This document shows, in pieces, positions 33,369 to 40,366 of a stretch of DNA of 40,366 nt. Under the pieces are notes generated by a model. The model worked only from the letters and a program-made list of their open reading frames with translations. It made no database searches and was not told the origin of the DNA. The first letter of the stretch is position 1; each line of letters opens with the position of its first letter. The stretch lies in NCBI RefSeq assembly GCF_001194135.2, contig NC_068987.1:8119124-8159489 (forward strand), given 5' to 3'. This stretch comes from Octopus bimaculoides (taxonomy: Eukaryota). The position numbers and the translations under genes were made by a program.

Positions 33369-33612
33369 CTATAGTAGAAGACACTTGCCCAAGGTGCCAC
33401 TCAGTGGGACTGAACCCGGAACCATGTGGTTGGTAAGCATGCTACAAATGATGGGTTTCTCTCAGTTTCCATTTACCAAATCCACTCAGAAGATATCCTT
33501 TTGCCCAGGGCTATAAATAGAAGATACTTGCCCGAGGTGGCACTCAGTGGGACTGAACCCAAAACCTCATGGTTGCAAAGCGAGCTTCTTAACCACACAG
33601 TCACGTCTGCGC
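33369..33612 (-). mobile_element. Two adjacent family A SINE fragments
   Basis: agaagacacttgcccaaggtgccactcagtgggactgaaccc appears twice (about 33376 and 33520, second with minor changes). Confidence 0.85.
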
Positions 33613-34102
33613 CCACAATTCTTAATTTATAATGAAATAATTTGTTGTTTGGAACAGTAAAATGGTTGTTCCCACCAGGATTGTTGTTTTTGTGACTGAC
33701 TATGAGAAATGGTTAAAGCTTTATGTAACTGTTTTTCTCTTTTCTCCCAACTTCCTCACTCTGTGTGTGTATGTGGGTGTATATATGTATGTATATGAAT
33801 GCACACATTGTGTATATGACTTAAACCGCATATATACAATGTGATTTAAGTTTACTACACGATTTTAATTTTTATTTGAAATTGCTCTGCATTTGTTATG
33901 TTTTTGTTGTTAGTTTTGTAGTATTGTTTGTGTGTGTGTGTGTGTGTACCAGCTCACATGTATATATTTATATTTTACAGGAATGAAGCTTTATGTATCG
34001 TGTTTGGCTAAATCTATTTGCTTCAGTTTGCACGAGTAAAGAAAGACAAGGGTCCCATCCTCAGCTTCATGATTCAGTAATTGGTTAACTCTAAGAAAGG
34101 TT

Positions 34103-34130
34103 CAGTTCTATATTTAAGAGATGAGGAATT
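34103..34130 (-). mobile_element. Isolated terminus of the hammerhead-bearing repeat
   Basis: Reverse complement aattcctcatctcttaaatatagaactg matches 33049-33076; cut off by a SINE. Confidence 0.5.
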
Positions 34131-34131
34131 C

Positions 34132-34278
34132 TGTGTGGTTGGCATTAGGAAGGGCATCCAGCTGTAGAAACATTGATCAGATCAGATTGAAGCCTGGTGC
34201 AGCCTTCTGGCTTGCCAGTCCTCAGTCAAATCGCCCAACCCATGCCAGCATGGAAAACGGATGATAAAGGATGATGAT
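34132..34278 (+). mobile_element. Family B SINE 3' part
   Basis: gtggttggcattaggaagggcatccagctgtagaaac...ccaacccatgccagcatggaaaacggatg. Confidence 0.85.
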
Positions 34279-34355
34279 TGAATAGCTGTGAGGGTCCTGT
34301 AGAGCAAAACAGGAATCAGAGGGGTCCATAGCCAAAAAACGGTTGAGAAACACTA
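34278..34355 (-). mobile_element. hAT/Charlie-like MITE end
   Basis: ggggtccatagccaaaaaacggttgagaaacacta is the reverse-complement counterpart of 24922-24955. Confidence 0.55.
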
Positions 34356-34359
34356 GGGG

Positions 34360-34670
34360 GTTAGATGAGATTTATTGAAGCAAAGTTGGTACCCTTCCCT
34401 GCCACTGAATTTCACCTGTTTCTAAGCAAAGTAATATTACCCTGTGGCTGGATATTTTTTCTTGAAAGATTGGAAACCAGTTACACTGCTTGTATGACAG
34501 TGGCACTTGTTTACAGTTATCTCTGTTATGGCGAGGCAGAGACACTTGCCCATGCATCATGTGTATGCATACAAAGGGCTTCTTCTAGTTTTTGCCCAGC
34601 AGTTCAACTCACAAAGCTTTGTCAATCTGCAGCTATAGTAGGAGACACTTGCTCAAGGTGCCTCAAAGTG
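34360..34670 (-). mobile_element. Composite SINE (A head plus gcatcc-type module), degenerate
   Basis: cacctgtttctaagcaaagtaatattaccctgtggc...ctatagtaggagacacttgctcaaggtgcc. Confidence 0.7.
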
Positions 34671-35748
34671 GGGTGGGGGGGGCAAATTTAAAACTATGTA
34701 GACAAGAAGTAGATATGTTGCCAACCTCCTGATTGATTTCTGTGTAGATGCAATTTTTAATTCCAAAGCATTGTAATAATTGGAAGCTTGGCTTATGCAA
34801 CGCCAGAAGTCTTATTAAAGAAAATGTATTTTGCCAGCAATATGGCTTCTGCAATTTGAAAACCGAAATGGAAATAGATATAAATACACTTCTGTCAGTT
34901 CCACCTCCAAGTCTTTTCCATTATATCTTTTTGTTTTTTGTTTTCCAAGTTTGGGTTTTGACATTTATGACTTAATATCACGGGTACATATGTGTACATG
35001 TGTTTGTGAGTGTGTTTGTGATTGTGTTTGTGTGGCTCATAATCTTAAGGCCATAAGTTCAATTCCTGGTGGCATGTTATGCCCTTGAGCAAGTTGCTCT
35101 ATTTCAGGCCTTATGCTTATAGTAGAATGCATTATAAATACATAAAATTAAATTTAAATAAAAAAAAGCTATTAATTAATTTTGTGGCAGATTTTCTCTT
35201 TTCTCCCTTTCGTTGTTTTCAACATGTCTGCAACAATTAGTTTTGTATTGTATTTTGGAATATAAAGCACACCTTTTCTTGCTCCTGGTTAAATACTAAC
35301 ACTTCTCATTACTGGTGACTCAGTTATCATTAACGACATCTCCATTGCGACTGCAAATTGTTTCTCTGCTTCACGAAGTTGTTTGACACAAAGTTACACA
35401 CACCACACACACACACACTTGCATGCACACACACACGCATACATGCAACTGTTTATTTAACGAGAGAGTTTAATAAATCTATCCAGGTGAGATCTGTGGT
35501 TGTTGGCTATAACACTATGCAAAGTGCAGTTGTTTGCCTTGTCAGTAATTCCATGTCTTGAAAAAGACTGGCAACACCTCCGTATTTAAACTTCTCTTCT
35601 GTCAACACAGCAATAACATTTTAGATGATTGCTTGCTGGTAATGGATTGTACACCGATGTTTACAGCACCTGTTTTGAAAATTCGCTTTCCCTTTTATTT
35701 ACATAAAGTTTATTTCTTTAAAATATTATCTTATTTATCATGAGTATG

Positions 35749-35813
<65 letters not shown>

Positions 35814-36469
35814 TGCATGCACATGCATATATACATACATATATATATTTTCTTCTTTTATTAATTTAGTCATTCCGGTATTTAAATTTTTGTTTCTTAA
35901 ACTGTTGAATAGAAATTTTACAATATCTGTTTCTGCACTTTTGTTTATTTGTCATTATGTAAATAACAAACAGGATGAAGGCCTTTTGACAACAGTTTTA
36001 GTCACACCCTGTTTCAATATATCATATTATGTTGTACAGCTCTTGTTGTAGTCTCATGATTCGTACGAGTCATAGGGTTACAAGCACACAGCATTAGACC
36101 CCACTCTTCAAGAAGCTTCCTTTCCGTTCATTCTGATCTCGTCAAATACAAGCCAGATAACAAACCTAGTATTCTTTTGTAGGGCACTGCCCTAGGATTT
36201 GTAACGAATGATCTGTAGACAGGAACTTTGCTGCAGGCTAGCTAGGTTTCAAAATTGACTGCTACAATTGTTGTCTTGTGTCTTTGATGAAGTCCTTGTG
36301 ATTCTGCTACCCTTGGTCTGTGTTATAATTTAGGGATCTGTGGTAGGAAGGGCACGCAACTGTAACTAGCAATTATTGTTCTAATGGGATGCAAACATAT
36401 AAGCTTTCAAATCCTCTTTCTCTGATTACAGTGAGGAAACATGGGTGTAGAACAGGAGGCAATGACCAA

Positions 36470-36775
36470 GACATTTGGCATTATGTTGTGCTTGAGAAGA
36501 TGACCCATCAAGCTGAGCAAAATCACAGTCGTGGCAGACACTGGTGTCACACAAATGGCACCCGTGCTGGTGGCACGTAAAAAGGCACCCTTTACACTCT
36601 CGGAGTGGTTGGCATTAGGATGGGCATCCAGCTGTAGAAAACCATGCCAAATAAGACTGGAGCCTGGCACAGCCTTCCAGCGTGCCAGCCCTGGTCAAAC
36701 CATCCAACCCATGCCAGCATGGACAACGGACGTTAAATCATGATGTTGATGATGATAATGATGATGATGATGACT
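36470..36775 (+). mobile_element. Family B SINE
   Basis: ggtggcacgtaaaaaggcaccctttacactctcggagtggttggcattaggatgggcatccagctgtagaaaac...catggacaacggacgttaa-(gat)n. Confidence 0.85.
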
Positions 36776-37044
36776 GTTTGTCTACATTTATACAGCCTCA
36801 AACTAATTAGCACCTTTGTTGCCCACCACACTGCTCTTCATCAAAGCAATTAGCGTGTTACGAAGGCAAGCCATGCTCACTTAGCTCTTCAAATGATAAC
36901 ATCATTGTTTTAAGGCTGACTTTCATGCTCTGCCAACTGTAACCGTTTCCTATGATAGCACTATTGTTTCATCTCTTTATTTTTGCGATGCTTTTTAGAA
37001 CTAATCTCTTCTCTAGTAGGCTATGAAATATCATCTCTCATTGC

Positions 37045-37076
<32 letters not shown>

Positions 37077-37309
37077 CCTTGCTTCTCTTGTGTTTTCATT
37101 GGTCTGTGTCTACGTTAGTCAATCTGGTTTCTTCATAAACTCTTTTTTTCAGGCTCTTGTTCGTTTGTTAATGTTACCGATATTGCTGTAACTGTTTTTT
37201 CAGATCTTCGGAATTCTGAAGTATTCAACAAGTGATGGTTCTTTTGTCAGAATACAGAGCATAACGTGTAGACTGCTTTGTCGGCAGCTTAAGGTTCAGG
37301 TTTTTCTCT

Positions 37310-37358
<49 letters not shown>

Positions 37359-37724
37359 ACCATTTCTCTTCTATAGTGACTTTTGCATGTTGGTGATAGA
37401 AAGTGTTGGGAGGAGAGGGGGGATGATACACGCATGAAGATGACATCTGTAAAAATGGTGGCGGCAGTGGTGGCAGCAACAACAACAACACCAACTGGTG
37501 GAGACTGCATAAAGCCTATTCTCTGAACAGGATTTCGTAAATTCATGTAAGCAACTCAGTACTTTGTGTTAACGAAATGTGCAGCTGCTGTCAAATGATT
37601 CCATGCATATTGGCTGAGGTTAACTTGTTCTTAGAGAATGAAACAACTAAACTGCATCGCACATCTTTTTTGTTGCCATCTTCACACACACACACCCGCC
37701 GCCACCACCACGTGCACACACCCT

Positions 37725-37966
37725 TCCTGTAACATGTGGTGGTGGTGGTGGTGGTTGTGATGATGGGTGTAACTTGGCGGTGGTGGTACTGGTTGTGATG
37801 GTGGTGGAGTAATTGTAGAGGTAGTGATGGTGGCAATGGTAGTTGTGGTGGTGGTGGCAGTAGTAGTAATGGTGATGGTGGTGGTGTAGCTGTGGAAATG
37901 GTGGCAACTGGGATGGTTGTGTTGGTGGCAGCAGCAGTAGTAGTGGTGATGGTAGCGGCGATGGTG
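37725..37966. repeat. Degenerate (GGT/GTA)n trinucleotide tract running into an N gap
   Basis: Direct reading. Confidence 0.9.
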
Positions 37967-38589
37967 NNNNNNNNNNNNNNNNNNNNNNNNNNNNNNNNNN
38001 NNNNNNNNNNNNNNNNNNNNNNNNNNNNNNNNNNNNNNNNNNNNNNNNNNNNNNNNNNNNNNNNNNNNNNNNNNNNNNNNNNNNNNNNNNNNNNNNNNNN
38101 NNNNNNNNNNNNNNNNNNNNNNNNNNNNNNNNNNNNNNNNNNNNNNNNNNNNNNNNNNNNNNNNNNNNNNNNNNNNNNNNNNNNNNNNNNNNNNNNNNNN
38201 NNNNNNNNNNNNNNNNNNNNNNNNNNNNNNNNNNNNNNNNNNNNNNNNNNNNNNNNNNNNNNNNNNNNNNNNNNNNNNNNNNNNNNNNNNNNNNNNNNNN
38301 NNNNNNNNNNNNNNNNNNNNNNNNNNNNNNNNNNNNNNNNNNNNNNNNNNNNNNNNNNNNNNNNNNNNNNNNNNNNNNNNNNNNNNCTTTGCTGATCCTT
38401 TTTATAGAAGAATACAGTTTTTCTTTCTTCATCTTGTTCATTTTTCTTTTTTTTTATTTGATATTTATATTTATCCTTTAGTCTTGGTGTTGACATGGAT
38501 AGCATAGAACTTTTGGAATCATTCAGTCTTCATATTTTACAAATGGGAATGTGAGCAACAGACGATGATGATGATGACAATGAGCTTTT

Positions 38590-39010
38590 GCATGTGTGTG
38601 TGTGTGTGTGGGGGGGATTGTATGTGTTCCCAAACGTGTGTGTTTGAGTGTGCATGTGTGTGCGTCTATTCAAGTCTGTGTCCTTCTGAGTGCGTGTGTG
38701 TGTGTGTGTGTGCATGTGTTCAATTGGGTGTGTGTGTGTGTTTGTTTGAGTGTGCATTCGAGCAAGTGTGTGTGTGTGTGTGTGTGTCCATGTATCCGAG
38801 TGTGTCCAGGTGTATGTGTGTGTGTATATATACAGGCATGTGTTTGAGTGTGGGTGCATGTTTCTCATAATGTGTGTGTCTGTATCTAAGTGTGAGTGTG
38901 TGTGTGTGTGTGCCAGTATGTATGTGTCCAAGTGTTTGTGTGTCTCCAAGTGTGTCCACCCCCCACCCCCCACCATCTGTCTGAGAGTGTGTACCCCCGA
39001 GTGTATGCAT
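38590..39010. repeat. (TG)n mosaic microsatellite
   Basis: Direct reading. Confidence 0.95.
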
Positions 39011-39274
39011 GTGGCGTGTTTAATGTGTCAGTAAAGTAGTGTGGATGGTGCTGTACATTTTCACTCCATACATTTCTGAATGATCATAAACATCAAAACC
39101 ATATTGTTACGGCGTCTTAAAACACAAGTTAATCAGACTTAACGATTCTATCATCTTTACACAAAACACAAATCACTTTATTTCTGTCTTGATCTTAAAC
39201 AGATTCCTGTGAAATTGCTCTGGTCTTTTGGCATTGCTTTCGTCTCTATTAATTTTGCTTCTTAACTGCAAGGT

Positions 39275-39385
39275 ATTGGCATCAGCCCAACTGCAAGACA
39301 CCTTAAGCAAGTGTCTTTTACTATAGTCGTGGACCAACTAAAGCCTTGTGTGGGGATTAGGTAGACAGAAACTGAAAGAAGCCTC

Positions 39386-39416
<31 letters not shown>

Positions 39417-39640
39417 ATTGCTATCTCCATGTCTTGGCACCATGTGATAATTGTAAATGATTGTTGCCATCATGCTAGAAGTGTCCTCTGTTTCCAATCT
39501 TCCAAGAAAACATGTCTGGCCATATAGAAATATTACCTTACTTGTAAACAGGTGAGGTTGACAGTAGTAAGGCCATCCACCTGTCTGCCCCATACAAGCA
39601 TAGAAAATCATTGTCATCATCATCATCACCACCATCATCA
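39275..39640 (+). mobile_element. Composite SINE (A head, (TG)n linker, gcatcc-type module)
   Basis: caccttaagcaagtgtcttttactatag...aaactgaaagaagcc-(TG)n-...aaacatgtctggccatatagaaatattaccttacttgtaaacaggtgagg. Confidence 0.75.
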
Positions 39641-39860
39641 TTTAGCATGTTTTCCGTACTGGCTTGTGCTGGATGGTTTGACAAGAGCTGGGAAGCTGGA
39701 GAGCTACACCAGTTGCCATTTGTCTGTTTTGGCTTGGTTTCTACAACTGGATGCCCTTCCTCATGCCAACTACTTTACAGAGTGTACTGGGTGATTTTTA
39801 TGTGGCACCAACACAGGTGCATTTTACATGGCACCAGTGCAGGTGCTTTTTATGTGACAC
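39640..39860 (-). mobile_element. Family B SINE
   Basis: caactggatgcccttcctcatgccaactactttacagagtgtactgggtgatttttatgtggcacc. Confidence 0.75.
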
Positions 39861-39914
39861 CAGCATACAGATAGTGAGTTCGAATATGAGATTATTAGTA
39901 TTGCTATGCTTTAA

Positions 39915-40105
39915 CGAAGATAGGCTTCTTTTAGTTTCCATCAACCAAATCCGGTCAGCCTGACGCTTGTCCAGGTTGCCATGCAGTAGGACTGAACCTA
40001 GAAGCAAGCTTCTTACCACACAGCCATGTCTGCCCGAGGTGCCATGCAGTAGGACTGAACCTGAAACCATGTGGTTGGGAAGCAAGCTTCTTACCACACA
40101 GCCAC
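39915..40105 (-). mobile_element. Family A SINE with a duplicated head segment
   Basis: tgccatgcagtaggactgaacct...gaagcaagcttcttaccacacagcca occurs twice; the first copy lacks gaaaccatgtggttgg. Confidence 0.8.
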
Positions 40106-40194
40106 AAGGCATTAAGGCTTTAACATCACACTTCACATTTTGTCATTCATTCTTCGAAATTCTTTTTTTTTTTCTTCTTTTGTACTCTAGGCAC

Positions 40195-40366
40195 ATCATC
40201 ATCATCATCATCGTTTAACGTCCGCTTTCCATGCTAGCATGGGTTGGACGATTTGACTGAGGACTGGTGAAACCGGATGGCAACACCAGGCTCCAGTCTG
40301 ATTTGGCAGAGTTTCTACAGCTGGATGCCCTTCCTAACGCCAACCACTCAGAGAGTGTAGTGGGTG
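40195..40366 (-). mobile_element. Family B SINE (runs off the window)
   Basis: (cat)n-cgtttaacgtccgctttccatgctagcatgggttggacg...cagctggatgcccttcctaacgccaaccactcagagagtgtagtgggtg. Confidence 0.9.

Noticed and set aside
24922-34355. Two facing hAT-like MITE ends as one 9.4-kb composite element
   Set aside because: The flanking 8-mers differ (ttttatgg vs gggggtta), so there is no shared target-site duplication.
37204-37300. Acceptor tttttcAG followed by IFGILKYSTSDGSFVRIQSITCRLLCRQLK
   Set aside because: No convincing donor and the peptide is not recognised; similar weak candidates near 15754, 24791 and 33981 were dropped for the same reasons.
37591-38505. 304-aa and other X-containing ORFs
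   Set aside because: Open only because they cross N gaps and trinucleotide tracts.

Overview
AT-rich eukaryotic draft-assembly DNA with many N gaps and dense (TA)n/(TG)n/(GATA)n/trinucleotide microsatellites. The dispersed repeats match tRNA-derived SINE families I recognise from octopus, so this is probably Octopus intronic or intergenic DNA (inference, no search run). No gene can be named. The supplied ORFs are mostly microsatellite, N-gap or SINE read-throughs, and only weak splice-defined exon candidates exist (best: 14143-14193 or 14143-14208). The window holds about 30 SINE copies built from shuffled modules (my labels A-E), TTAA-flanked piggyBac-type MITEs, hAT-like MITE ends, a CR1/L2-group LINE 3' remnant, a Dong/R4-type RLE-endonuclease remnant, and a 294-bp retro-insertion with a 14-bp target-site duplication inside a GATA array. 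The main finding is a repeat family carrying a minimal type-I hammerhead ribozyme motif (CUGAUGA-A-stem II-GAAAC-GUU) of the Penelope-like-element (PLE) kind. It occurs at two loci (14.7 kb and 32.7-33.1 kb), both as head-to-head inverted pairs whose right arm starts at the same TTAGGAATGAGAAC motif. SINE and LINE boundaries are approximate (about +/-10 nt).
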